A stretch of 64,000 nucleotides of DNA from Oscillospiraceae bacterium (GCA_015064785.1 SVRM01000002.1:1618-65617), one strand, 5' to 3'. Counted from the first letter of the stretch, positions 28,877 to 38,839 are shown. The notes: generated by a model from the letters alone, not told the origin. Program-made: numbers and translations.

Positions 28877-29764
28877 ATGTTTCGTATTGGTATTTTAGGT
28901 TCGGAAAACTCCCATGCCATGGCGTTTTCCAAAATGTTCAACGGCATTGATAAGAACTATGAAGGTGAATTTGACGATATGTGCGTGGTTGGTACGTTCG
29001 GTACAGACGATGCGTCCAACAAGGCATTGATCGAGCAGGCGGGCGTGCAGTTCATCGCTGACAAGCCCGAGGATCTGCTCGGACACGTCGACGCGGTTAT
29101 GGTCACGGCGCGTGACGGCAAGTATCATGCCGAATATGCCCGTCCCTTCATTGAAGCTGGCCTGCCTGCGTTCATTGACAAGCCCTTCACCCGCGATTCC
29201 GCTGAAGCGCTGGCGCTGGTCAAGCTGGCCAAGGAAAAGAACATCCCGCTGTGCGGCGGTTCTTCCCTCAAGGTCTGTATGGAAACCGAGCGTCTTGCGG
29301 CTTATGCAGCAAAGAACCGCGACGCCATCCTGACCGGTTCCGTTTACGCTCCTGTCAATATGGTAAACGAATACGGTGATTTCTGGTTCTACGCCGATCA
29401 TCTGGCGGAAATTTCTCTCGCGGTCTTCGGCTGGGATCCCAAGTGGGTGCAGGCGCTCGTACGCAATGACAAGGGTGTCACCGCACTTGTCGGCTATGAA
29501 AATTACAACATTTCCAATCACTTCTGTGAGGGTATGTATCAGTATGGCGGCACAGTCGTCACCAAAGGCGGTATCCACACACAGACCATCGGTCTTGATG
29601 ATGCTTACCCGAACGAATGCCGTGTCTTTGCGCGAATGCTCCGTACCGGCAAGATGCATGGTACCTATGAGCAGCTGATTCAGCCTGTATACTACATGGA
29701 AGCACTGTTCCGCTCCATGCAGACCGGTGAAAAAGTCGAAGTTGCGCAAGCGATTGTAGACTGA
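28877..29764 (+). CDS. Gfo/Idh/MocA-like oxidoreductase (short form)
   Basis: MFRIGILGSENSHA Rossmann start and a DKPF motif; 295 aa. Confidence 0.65.
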   Translation: MFRIGILGSENSHAMAFSKMFNGIDKNYEGEFDDMCVVGTFGTDDASNKALIEQAGVQFIADKPEDLLGHVDAVMVTARDGKYHAEYARPFIEAGLPAFIDKPFTRDSAEALALVKLAKEKNIPLCGGSSLKVCMETERLAAYAAKNRDAILTGSVYAPVNMVNEYGDFWFYADHLAEISLAVFGWDPKWVQALVRNDKGVTALVGYENYNISNHFCEGMYQYGGTVVTKGGIHTQTIGLDDAYPNECRVFARMLRTGKMHGTYEQLIQPVYYMEALFRSMQTGEKVEVAQAIVD

Positions 29765-29824
29765 TAGAAAAAATACAGCAGGCGATGTCCGATCGGGCAC
29801 CGCCTGTTCTCATTTTTTCTGTTT

Positions 29825-30655
29825 TTAAGGGGTTCGCCGTACCGCACCAACCACTGTAAAGCCAAGGAAACAAACCAGATTCACACATACAATCGTCGCA
29901 CCCGTTGGCAGGCTGAATAAAAACGACGCACACAGTCCGACAAAGAAGCACAGAACTGATGTTGCCATCGAACAGAGAACCACGCCGCGGTAGCTTTTGC
30001 AGACGCGCATGGCTGTCAGTGCCGGGAAAATAATCAGCGGCGAGATGAGCAGGGTTCCCATCAGACGCATACCGACAACCACCGTCAGTGCAGTCAAAAG
30101 TGACAAAAGCAGGTTGTAGCGCGACGCTTTGGTTCCTGTCGCGGTTGCAAAATTTTCATCAAAGGTGACAGAAAACAGCGGATGGTAGAACAGTGCATAC
30201 AGAATCAGAACCACAGCGGATACAATGATCGATAGAATCATATCTCCTTCGCTGATGGCAAGAATGGAGCCGAACATATAACTGTTCAGATCGGTATTCA
30301 TGCCGGTTGTGGTGGCAGTGATCAGAACACCGACCGCAAGAGCCGAACTGGAAAGAATCGCAATCGCCGCATCTCCCTGCATGTGACCGCGTTCATTGAG
30401 CCACAGCATAAAAAATGCCGCCGCGATTGTGACCGGAATGGCAGCCGCAAGCGGTGCGATTCCGATGACTGCCGCGATTGCCAGTGCGCCAAAGCCGACA
30501 TGAGACAATCCGTCACCGATCATGGAAAACCGGCGAAGAACCAGACTGATACCAAGCAATGCCGCACACAGGGAGACAAGAATTCCAACCACCAGCGCAC
30601 GCTGGATAAAACTATAGGAAAAAAGCACGGAAAGCTGGTCGAGAACGGTTATCAT
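29825..30655 (-). CDS. metal (Zn/Mn) ABC transporter permease, ZnuB/TroC family
   Basis: ABC-3 family pattern (FIQRALVVGILVSL…GISLVLRRFSMIGDGLSHV); 8-9 TM helices. Confidence 0.85.
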   Translation of the reverse strand: MITVLDQLSVLFSYSFIQRALVVGILVSLCAALLGISLVLRRFSMIGDGLSHVGFGALAIAAVIGIAPLAAAIPVTIAAAFFMLWLNERGHMQGDAAIAILSSSALAVGVLITATTTGMNTDLNSYMFGSILAISEGDMILSIIVSAVVLILYALFYHPLFSVTFDENFATATGTKASRYNLLLSLLTALTVVVGMRLMGTLLISPLIIFPALTAMRVCKSYRGVVLCSMATSVLCFFVGLCASFLFSLPTGATIVCVNLVCFLGFTVVGAVRRTP

Positions 30656-31431
30656 ATGTTGTCCACCTCCACAGCTGATGTATTTGTGTGTTCTGCATGC
30701 GTGTGATGATGGTGATGCGCATGGATCTCCGGCTGACAGTCACCGATCATGCGTCGGTATTCCGGCGTTTCCATATAGGCATCCGTCGGACCGCAGAAGC
30801 GCAGCGTCCGATCCATATGCAATATCGTCTTTGCCTGCTCCAACGCACAGTGAATGTCATGGGAAACCATCAGAATCGTGATGCCGCGTTCCCGGTTGAG
30901 CTGGCGCAGAATCGCGTATAACTCATGCGTGACAACAGGGTCAAGCACCGATGCCGGTTCATCTAAAATCAGCAGTTTTTTTGTTGCACACAAGGCACGG
31001 GCAAGCAAAACACGCTGCTGCTGACCGCCGGACAGCTCGCGGAACGATTTTTTTGCAAACGGTGTCACACCGAGCAGTGCCATCATTTCTTTTGCCAATG
31101 TTTTCTGTGCTTTGGTATAAAACGGATGGAAACCACCGCCGGACAGACATCCGGTCAGAACAACCTCTGTTACCGAAGCAGGAAAATCCTTCTGGACAAC
31201 CGTTGACTGCGGCAGATATCCGATTTCACCGCGCGTGATGCCGTTCAGTGCAACGGTGCCGTCTGAGGCCGGAATCAGTCCGACCAGTGTTTTGACAAGC
31301 GTTGATTTTCCGGAGCCGTTTTCTCCAACGATTGCGGCATATCCGCCTTCCGCAAGGGAAAATGAAACGTTCTCCACCGCCGTCTGCCGCTCATACCGGA
31401 CGGTGAGATTCTTTACTTCCAACAGGTTCAT
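30652..31431 (-). CDS. metal ABC transporter ATP-binding protein with His-rich C-terminal tail
   Basis: Walker A GENGSGKST, signature LSGGQQQR, Walker B LLILDEP. Tail is HAHHHHHTHAEH. Start chosen at MNLLEVKNL (ATG 31431), 7 nt after the upstream stop. Confidence 0.85.
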   Translation of the reverse strand: MNLLEVKNLTVRYERQTAVENVSFSLAEGGYAAIVGENGSGKSTLVKTLVGLIPASDGTVALNGITRGEIGYLPQSTVVQKDFPASVTEVVLTGCLSGGGFHPFYTKAQKTLAKEMMALLGVTPFAKKSFRELSGGQQQRVLLARALCATKKLLILDEPASVLDPVVTHELYAILRQLNRERGITILMVSHDIHCALEQAKTILHMDRTLRFCGPTDAYMETPEYRRMIGDCQPEIHAHHHHHTHAEHTNTSAVEVDNI

Positions 31432-31438
31432 ATGTACC

Positions 31439-32470
31439 TCATTGTTCATAACTTCCGAGGGCAAGCTTCAGCACCTCGGCGTTTTCATACATCAGATCAA
31501 GATAGGTTTTGTCTGCCGCCGCTTCATCGGCAGTACGGTTATGACAGGAATGCATTCCGAGAATCGGCACACCTGTTTCATCCGCCATTGCCTGTGCAAT
31601 CTTCTGATTGCTCATCTCTATGGTGAGAATTGCGGGTATTTTCTCTTCCCTGACCTTTTCAATCAGAAAAATCATGGTAGCCGCACTCGGTTCCGACTCT
31701 GCCGCGCAGCCGGGAAATGCCGCACGGTATCCGAGCCCGTACGCATCGCACAGATAGCGCATCGGGAATCTGTCTCCGAATACCAAGGTACGATGCGCGG
31801 CATGTTCGGTTATTTCATGCAGAATCTCGTCCAGTTTCTGGAGTTCTGCCAGATAAGCATCCGTATTCGTCTGATACAGCGCCGCATTGTCAGGATCGAG
31901 TCCGCAGATGGCATCACACAGCGCCTGCGTGATCCGAACTGCATTGTGCGGGTCTGTCCATACATGCTCATCGTATTCCACATGGTCGGAATCCGGTATC
32001 TGATCGGCATGATCCGCATCATCTTCCTCATGCCCGTGGTCATGTTCGTGCCGGTGCGTTGCGCCTTCGATATGATCTTCGGCAACAGTGTCCACCAGCG
32101 CTGTCATGCGGATGGACTTTTCCTCTGCACCGGGTGCAGCATCCAGCAGCGTCTGCACCCAGGCATCGGATTCACCGCCGGTGTAGATAAACAGATCGCA
32201 GTTCTGCACCGCAAGAATATCCGCCGGGGTTGGATCGAAGGTATGACTTTCTGTACCCGGCCGCAGCAGCTGTGCCACGGTAACATGGTCGGCGTTCTCT
32301 GTGATCTGCCGCGCAAAATCATACGGCGGAAAAATTGTGGTTACAATATATAATGTGTCATCAGACGCTGCCGGTACCTGTGCAGATGCCGCACAGCCGG
32401 CAAGTGACATAAGAACAAAAACAAGCGTGATGAAGCGGAAAACGGTTTTCATGGTGCTCCTGATTCTCAA
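31439..32470 (-). CDS. metal ABC transporter substrate-binding lipoprotein (ZnuA/TroA family) with His/Asp-rich loop
   Basis: Signal peptide with LAGC lipobox. Loop HRHEHDHGHEEDDADHADQIPDSDH is typical of Zn-specific cluster A-I binding proteins. Confidence 0.85.
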   Translation of the reverse strand: MRIRSTMKTVFRFITLVFVLMSLAGCAASAQVPAASDDTLYIVTTIFPPYDFARQITENADHVTVAQLLRPGTESHTFDPTPADILAVQNCDLFIYTGGESDAWVQTLLDAAPGAEEKSIRMTALVDTVAEDHIEGATHRHEHDHGHEEDDADHADQIPDSDHVEYDEHVWTDPHNAVRITQALCDAICGLDPDNAALYQTNTDAYLAELQKLDEILHEITEHAAHRTLVFGDRFPMRYLCDAYGLGYRAAFPGCAAESEPSAATMIFLIEKVREEKIPAILTIEMSNQKIAQAMADETGVPILGMHSCHNRTADEAAADKTYLDLMYENAEVLKLALGSYEQ

Positions 32471-32478
32471 AGCTTTTC

Positions 32479-32534
32479 GAATTTGAAACTGAGTTTCAAT
32501 TTCATATTATAGCGGGAATCATGAAAAAATGCAA
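32479..32534 (-). promoter_or_regulatory. promoter plus palindromic operator of the metal-uptake operon
   Basis: On the minus strand: TTGCAT (32534-29), 17-nt spacer, TATAAT (32511-06). The 25-bp near-perfect palindrome GAAATTGAAACT-C-AGTTTCAAATTC (32503-32479) follows 2 nt downstream. Confidence 0.55.
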
Positions 32535-32567
32535 GAAACAAATTGTGAACATTTTTTATTTTTATCC

Positions 32568-32954
32568 TCAGAACACGGAAGACAGCGAAATCCGTTCCAG
32601 CTCCCGCATCCTGCGCAGCGCATCGAGCAGTTGATACCGTGCCTGAATTGCAGATGCGTAATCTCCGGCACCCACCGCCGCATACAGATTCCACACGGCT
32701 TCATCCGCGCGGTTCAGCACATTGTATCCGCATACATACGAAAAATACGAAACCGACCGTGACCAATCCGCTGCAATCCGATCCGCACACGCGCGCACAC
32801 GCTCTGTATCTGTAAGACAAACTTCTGCAATCACCGGCATCTGTTCCGTCATCGCATACAATCGGTCGATTTCTGAGACAGTCCGCGCAGCCGCAGACAG
32901 ACAAAAAACAACCGTCAATATCAGAAGCACTGCGGCTGCAATCACACTTTTCAT
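32568..32954 (-). CDS. DUF4363 family protein
   Basis: Start MKSVIAAAVLL… (ATGA overlap with the upstream stop). TM anchor plus helical domain. Characteristic pairing with a DUF421 gene. Confidence 0.6.
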   Translation of the reverse strand: MKSVIAAAVLLILTVVFCLSAAARTVSEIDRLYAMTEQMPVIAEVCLTDTERVRACADRIAADWSRSVSYFSYVCGYNVLNRADEAVWNLYAAVGAGDYASAIQARYQLLDALRRMRELERISLSSVF

Positions 32955-33703
32955 TTCCCGCTGCCACACTCCGTTTTCAGAATCAGATTCCATTCATGCG
33001 CATCATTGACCGTCAGTAAAAACACCTCTGATGCTGCCGCGTTTCCGTGTTTTTTCAAATAACTGCATATTTGGGCAAAGGTAACACCGGACATGCGCAT
33101 TCCCGCCTCGCTTATCACACCGTCAGCAATCAATGTATGGCAGATTCCGCGCTCCTTGACCTGCATCGACAGATCCCCAGCCCGCGGTGGAAGCTCCTTA
33201 TCACGCAGAATGACCGAAAGACGTCCGTTTTCTTCCAAAATCGCATAAGCAACGTCCGACGGGTCGGTACAGTTGTTCAGCCGAAGCTCACCCATCAGCT
33301 CAGAAAGCGTCATCCGACAGCTGCGCAGGACATCGCGGTTGATCTTTCCTCGACAGATGACCACTTGCGGTACGCCGGTGATCAGACGTGAGAGTGTCGG
33401 CAGATGCAGAAACGCAAACGATGTCAGAATTTCCAAAACCGCCAAAAGGACCATCGGCAGAATCGAATACAGCAGCGGAATACCTGTATCGGTAATCGGC
33501 ATTGCTGCAAGCTCCGAGAGCATAAAGGCAACAACCAGCTCCGACATCTGCAATTCTCCGATCTGGCGCTTGCCCATAAACCGAACCGTCAGCGTCAGCA
33601 GAATATATATGAAGACCAGTCTTACCAGAATCACCGTCAAGTCCCATTCACCTCCGATTCCCGCCGTTTCAGTATGTCCGTTTTCCGTCTGTTTATTCTG
33701 CAA
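32951..33703 (-). CDS. DUF421 (YetF-like) membrane protein
   Basis: RFMGKRQIGELQMSELVVAFMLSELAA… and a C-terminal DUF421 domain (LSELMGELRLNN…EENGRLSV). Confidence 0.75.
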   Translation of the reverse strand: MQNKQTENGHTETAGIGGEWDLTVILVRLVFIYILLTLTVRFMGKRQIGELQMSELVVAFMLSELAAMPITDTGIPLLYSILPMVLLAVLEILTSFAFLHLPTLSRLITGVPQVVICRGKINRDVLRSCRMTLSELMGELRLNNCTDPSDVAYAILEENGRLSVILRDKELPPRAGDLSMQVKERGICHTLIADGVISEAGMRMSGVTFAQICSYLKKHGNAAASEVFLLTVNDAHEWNLILKTECGSGK

Positions 33704-33962
33704 TGTGGTGTCAGTGCTTCATGAAAAAATACATATCAGCAATGTTCACAAATACAATTACTGCTATTTGTGCATTGTGTCGTGTTACGGTATCTCATGG
33801 TTTTTGTGTTCAGATCGCACAAAAATTTTTCAGACTTTTTTTCAAAAAGCTATTCCTTTTTCCGGAAAGGTGTGTTATAATGGTGTCAAAGGGATTTTGT
33901 ACGTCGGTGTACACACACGGCGCAAAACCCAAACAAATCTATTTTGAAGGAGATTTACCATC

Positions 33963-35120
33963 ATGGCAAACATTCTGGATGCTTACAAGGAAAACCATGA
34001 CGAAGCAGTCGTGGATACCGACAGAAAGATGCGCGTTGCGATCATCGGCTGCGGCTGGATCGCTGATGCTCACATCGCAAGCTACTTAAAGCAGCCCGAC
34101 GTCGAAATCGTCGCCGGCTGTGACCTCATTCCCGGCAAGGCTGAAGCATTCTTCAAGAAGCACGGCGTCGAAGGCGTCAAGACCGATTACGCTTCCCACA
34201 AGGAAATGCTCGCAGACAAGTCCCTGAACCTCGACTGTGTTTCCGTTTGTACCTACAACCGTCAGCACGCTCCGTGTGCCATCGACTCTCTCAACGCAGG
34301 CATCAACGTTCTGCTTGAAAAGCCGATGTGTGTCACCCTCGAAGAAGCAGTTGAAATTCTGAAGGCTGAAAAGGCTTCCGGTAAGGTTCTTTCCATCGGT
34401 TTCCAGCCCAGATTTGACAACAACATGAAGATGATCAAGAAGATCGTTGAATCCGGCGAGCTCGGTGATGTTTACTACATCCAGACCGGTGGCGGACGCC
34501 GCCGCGGTATCCCGACTCCGTTCGGTACCACCTTCATCGAAGACAAGACCGCTGGTCTCGGTGCACTCGGCGATATCGGCTGCTACGCACTTGACTGCGT
34601 CCTCAACGCTGTCGGTTATCCCAAGCCCCTTACCGTTACCGGTCACAAGGGCATCTACTTCGGTAACGATCCGGCATACTATCCGAATCATCCCGAATAC
34701 GCCGAAAAGTTCACCACTGATGACTTCGGCTGCGGCTTTGTCCGTATGGAAGGCGGTATCATCCTCGACTTCCGTATCGCATGGGCGATGAATATCGACA
34801 CTCCCGGTGACTCCATCATTCTCGGTACCAAGGGCGGTCTCCGTATTCCTTCTACCGACTGCTGGAACGGCTCCATCGGCGGTCCCCTCGTTCTTTACAA
34901 GGAAGTTGCCGGCATCCAGACCGAAACCATCATTCCTGTCCAGAACACCCCCTACGGTCTGTTCGACATGAAGATCAGAACGTTCCTCGACGCTTCCAAG
35001 AACGGTACACCCGCGCCTGTTCAGGCATCCGAGATCATCTACAACCAGGCAATCCTCTCCGGTATTGCTACCTCCTCTGCTCTCGGTCACGAAATCGAAA
35101 TCGAAATCCCCGAAATCTGA
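33963..35120 (+). CDS. Gfo/Idh/MocA family oxidoreductase
   Basis: MRVAIIGCGWIADAH Rossmann motif and EKPM motif. RBS GAAGGAG. Confidence 0.85.
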   Translation: MANILDAYKENHDEAVVDTDRKMRVAIIGCGWIADAHIASYLKQPDVEIVAGCDLIPGKAEAFFKKHGVEGVKTDYASHKEMLADKSLNLDCVSVCTYNRQHAPCAIDSLNAGINVLLEKPMCVTLEEAVEILKAEKASGKVLSIGFQPRFDNNMKMIKKIVESGELGDVYYIQTGGGRRRGIPTPFGTTFIEDKTAGLGALGDIGCYALDCVLNAVGYPKPLTVTGHKGIYFGNDPAYYPNHPEYAEKFTTDDFGCGFVRMEGGIILDFRIAWAMNIDTPGDSIILGTKGGLRIPSTDCWNGSIGGPLVLYKEVAGIQTETIIPVQNTPYGLFDMKIRTFLDASKNGTPAPVQASEIIYNQAILSGIATSSALGHEIEIEIPEI

Positions 35121-35229
35121 TCGTTCAGATTCCGACACTCGATTCTGAAATCGCATAGCAATCCACGCAGCCCGGCACACCTTGCTGCCGGGCTGTTTTC
35201 ATCACACTGTATTGAAAGGAATTTTTATC

Positions 35230-35949
35230 ATGGATTACGGTATTCAGTTATATTCTGTCCGCGACCTCGCTTCCCAGGACCTCGAAGCGGCTCTGAAGGC
35301 TGTTGCGGAAATCGGTTACAAGTACGTTGAATTTGCTGGTTTCTTCGGAAACGATGCGGAAACCGTCAAAGGCTGGCTCGACAAGTACGGACTGATCTGT
35401 TCCTCCACACACTCCTCCTGGACCGAACTGCGCGACGATTTTGAAGGCACGGTCAAGTATCACAAGATCATCGGCAACAAGAACTACATCATTCCCGGTG
35501 CTGACCTGTCCACCCCTGAAAAGCTCCAGGAATTCGTTGATTTCTGCAACGAATATGCACCCAAGCTGGCGGCTGAAGGTATGACCCTTCAGTACCACAA
35601 CCATGCACATGAATTCCATCTGCATGAAGACGGTCAGATGATCTACTCTGTCCTCGAATGTAAGACGGATATCGATCTCGAAACCGATACCTACTGGCTG
35701 TATGTCGGCAAGACCAATCCGCTCGCTGTTATGGACCGTCTGAAGGACCGCATCAAGATGATCCACATCAAGGACGGCGACATCGACGGTCACGGCAAGC
35801 CTCTGGGCCTTGGTACCGCTCCCGTTGCTGATGTTTACGCAAAGGCAAAGGAATACGGTATGCTGATGGTTGTTGAATCCGAAACCTGCACACCTTCCGG
35901 CATCGAAGAAGCAAAGATTTGCTACGACTATCTGAAGTCCCTCGAATAA
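35230..35949 (+). CDS. sugar phosphate isomerase/epimerase (xylose-isomerase-like TIM barrel)
   Basis: ATG 35230 behind GAAAGGAA. GIQLYSVRD…GYKYVEFAG…YHNHAHEF…IHIKD pattern. Confidence 0.8.
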   Translation: MDYGIQLYSVRDLASQDLEAALKAVAEIGYKYVEFAGFFGNDAETVKGWLDKYGLICSSTHSSWTELRDDFEGTVKYHKIIGNKNYIIPGADLSTPEKLQEFVDFCNEYAPKLAAEGMTLQYHNHAHEFHLHEDGQMIYSVLECKTDIDLETDTYWLYVGKTNPLAVMDRLKDRIKMIHIKDGDIDGHGKPLGLGTAPVADVYAKAKEYGMLMVVESETCTPSGIEEAKICYDYLKSLE

Positions 35950-36018
35950 TCGAATAGCCCGGGGACTGTCACGATGTTTTCGCGTTGGCAGTCCCTGCGC
36001 ATATACAAGAGGTAAGTT

Positions 36019-37389
36019 ATGATACAAGCTGTTATCACCGCTGATTTTTCCGAAATTACGGGCCGCATCAAGCCGATGCATTCCGTCAACAACGGTCCTG
36101 CTTCCCTTCGCGGCAACTCCAATGCCAAGTATTTTACCGATGCCGCAATTCCCTTTGCGCGCAATCACGATGCCAATTTCGCACCTTCCTACGGCGCGCC
36201 GCATACGGTAGACATCATTGCGATTTTTCCGAACTTCGATGCGGACGAAAACGATCCCGCGTCCTATGATTTCCATCTGACGGACGAATACAATGCAAAT
36301 ATCATGAAAACCGGTACGAAGGTCTTCTACCGTCTCGGCAACAAAATTGAGCATGAATCCAAACGATACGGTGCTCTTCCGCCGAAGGATCCGCACAAGT
36401 GGGCGCGCATCTGTGAGCACATCATCCGCCATATGAATGAGGGCTGGGCTGACGGCACATACGCAGGTATTGAATATTGGGAAATCTGGAACGAACCCGA
36501 TCTCCATCCACAGTGCTGGGACGGCGCAAACGAAGACTTTTTCGTTCTCTTTGACATTGCCGCAAGACATCTGAAAGCCTGTTTCCCCGATCTGAAAATC
36601 GGCGGACCTGCCGTCACCGGTGTCGGCAACCGCGGCTTCGTTGAGCCATTTTTCAACTATCTGACACGTGATCCGAACGATCCGACACCGATGGACTTCT
36701 TCTCCTTCCATTGCTATGCAAAGGATCCCGGTACCGTCGCCGCACAGGCTGTCACTGCACGTGCTTATCTGGACCAGTACGGCTACACAGAAGCAGAAAC
36801 CATCCTCAATGAATGGAACTACGTCCGTGCCTGGCAGCCGGCAGATGTGATGCTGTATTCGTACAAGGTCATCCCGTCCCTCAAAGGATCAGCGTTCGTC
36901 GCATCGACCATGCTTGCGTGCCAAAAGTCACCGCTTGACCATCTGATGTACTATGACGCGCGCATCAACACCGGCTGGAACGGTCTGTTTGACTACCTGT
37001 CACAGACACCGCTCAAACCTTACTGGGGACTGCACGGATTCTCTCGTCTCTATCTGCTTGGAAATGAAGTAAACAGCAGCAGCGATGATCCTGCCGTTTA
37101 TTGCGGCGCTGCCATATCTGACGACGGCAAGACAGCCGCAATCCTTGTCAGTACTTACACCGACCACGACAGCATCGACGGCACCGGCTGCGAGAACGAG
37201 GAGCGCGATGTCAAAATCTGCTGGACCGGCTTTTCATCAGACGACGGCGTGCGTGTGACCTATATGCTGACAGATGCCGATCACGATGCACAGATTGTTT
37301 CCGAGGAAACCTTCTTTGGCGCAGGCGGTGCACACATCCTGCGTCTGCCGCTCTACTCGACTGTACTTGTGACCCTTACCCGTGTATAA
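36019..37389 (+). CDS. clan GH-A glycoside hydrolase, GH39-like
   Basis: The acid/base block YWEIWNEPD is typical of GH39/GH5-type (beta/alpha)8 enzymes. No signal peptide. Confidence 0.55.
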   Translation: MIQAVITADFSEITGRIKPMHSVNNGPASLRGNSNAKYFTDAAIPFARNHDANFAPSYGAPHTVDIIAIFPNFDADENDPASYDFHLTDEYNANIMKTGTKVFYRLGNKIEHESKRYGALPPKDPHKWARICEHIIRHMNEGWADGTYAGIEYWEIWNEPDLHPQCWDGANEDFFVLFDIAARHLKACFPDLKIGGPAVTGVGNRGFVEPFFNYLTRDPNDPTPMDFFSFHCYAKDPGTVAAQAVTARAYLDQYGYTEAETILNEWNYVRAWQPADVMLYSYKVIPSLKGSAFVASTMLACQKSPLDHLMYYDARINTGWNGLFDYLSQTPLKPYWGLHGFSRLYLLGNEVNSSSDDPAVYCGAAISDDGKTAAILVSTYTDHDSIDGTGCENEERDVKICWTGFSSDDGVRVTYMLTDADHDAQIVSEETFFGAGGAHILRLPLYSTVLVTLTRV

Positions 37390-37420
37390 ACAGATTACCA
37401 AAAGAAAAGGAATCATAAAG

Positions 37421-38839
37421 ATGAAAGATTTTATGAATGAAGACTTCCTGCTCAAAACAGAGACAGCGAAGATTCTTTACCACCACTACGCATCCAAGAT
37501 GCCGATCATCGACTACCACTGCCATGTTCCGCCCAAGGAAATCGCAGAGGACAAGCGCTATGATACGATCACCCAGCTCTGGCTCGGCGGTGACCACTAT
37601 AAGTGGCGTGCAATGCGCTCCAACGGCGTTGATGAAAAGTACATCACGGGTGACGCATCCGACTACGAAAAGTTCAAGGCGTGGGCTTCCACCATGCCGA
37701 AGCTGATCGGCAATCCGCTCTATCACTGGACACATCTGGAATTACAGCGCTACTTCGGCTATGAGGGCATCCTCAACGAAGATACCTGCGACTCCGTATG
37801 GGAGCTTTGCAACGAAATTCTGGCGCAGCCCAATATGTCCGCGAGAAACATCATCCGCGATTCCGGCGTCAAGCTGCTCTGTACGACCGATGATCCGATT
37901 GATGATCTGCGTTATCACAAGCAGCTGGCTGACGACGATTCCTACGACGTGCAGGTGCTTCCCGCATTCCGTCCCGACAAGGGTCTGAATGTCGAGCGTG
38001 CCGGATACGCCGAATACATCGCTTCCCTGTCGGCAGCAGCTGAAATGCCGATTACCGATATCGCATCCCTCAAGGCGGCATATGTTGCACGTCTTGACTA
38101 CTTCGATGCACTCGGATGCAAGACCGCAGACCACGGCTTCGATGAATTTGTCCCGTATGCGCCCGAGCAGTACACCGGCCAGGCAAACGAAATCTTCAAA
38201 GCAGCCATTGCCGGTCAGCGTGCAAGTGTGGAAGAAATGAAGATCTTCAAGACCGAGATGATGTACTTCTTCGGTGAGGAATACACCCGCCGCGGCTGGG
38301 TCATGCAGCTGCACTTCGGTGTGCTCCGCAACGTCAACCCCGTGATGTTCGAAAAGCTCGGTCCCGATACCGGCTTTGATATCATCGGCGGCGGCACGAC
38401 CATTACCGAGCTTGCAAAGCTCATGGGTGAGCTTCGCCGCAATAACATCCTTCCCCGCACCATTCTCTATTCCATCAATCCCGCTGACAACGCAGGTATT
38501 GACGCGCTGATCGGTGCGTTCCAGGAAAATGCCGGCGGTATGCCGCGTGTGCAGCACGGTTCCGCATGGTGGTTCAACGACAACAAGTCCGGTATGCGTG
38601 CGCAGATCCGTTCTCTTGCGAATATGTCGGTGCTTGGCAACTTCGTCGGTATGCTGACCGACTCCCGTTCGTTTGTCTCCTATCCGCGCCACGAATACTT
38701 CCGCCGCATCCTCTGCGATGTCATCGGCGAGTGGGTCGAGCTCGGTGAGTATCCGCTCGACATTGATACGCTGGCACAGATGGTCTGTGACATTTCGTTC
38801 AACAACACCAAGGATTTCTTCGGATTTGAAATTCTGTAA
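37421..38839 (+). CDS. uxaC: glucuronate isomerase
   Basis: FMNEDFLL…PIIDYHCHVPPKEIAED…WLGGDHYKWRAMRSNGV closely matches UxaC hallmark blocks. Confidence 0.92.
   Translation: MKDFMNEDFLLKTETAKILYHHYASKMPIIDYHCHVPPKEIAEDKRYDTITQLWLGGDHYKWRAMRSNGVDEKYITGDASDYEKFKAWASTMPKLIGNPLYHWTHLELQRYFGYEGILNEDTCDSVWELCNEILAQPNMSARNIIRDSGVKLLCTTDDPIDDLRYHKQLADDDSYDVQVLPAFRPDKGLNVERAGYAEYIASLSAAAEMPITDIASLKAAYVARLDYFDALGCKTADHGFDEFVPYAPEQYTGQANEIFKAAIAGQRASVEEMKIFKTEMMYFFGEEYTRRGWVMQLHFGVLRNVNPVMFEKLGPDTGFDIIGGGTTITELAKLMGELRRNNILPRTILYSINPADNAGIDALIGAFQENAGGMPRVQHGSAWWFNDNKSGMRAQIRSLANMSVLGNFVGMLTDSRSFVSYPRHEYFRRILCDVIGEWVELGEYPLDIDTLAQMVCDISFNNTKDFFGFEIL

Noticed and set aside
26597-29800. Three long minus-strand ORFs (26597-27814, 27642-28814, 28895-29800)
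   Set aside because: They mirror the Gfo/Idh/MocA - nagA - Gfo/Idh/MocA genes, which all carry clear family motifs on the plus strand. They are shadow ORFs.
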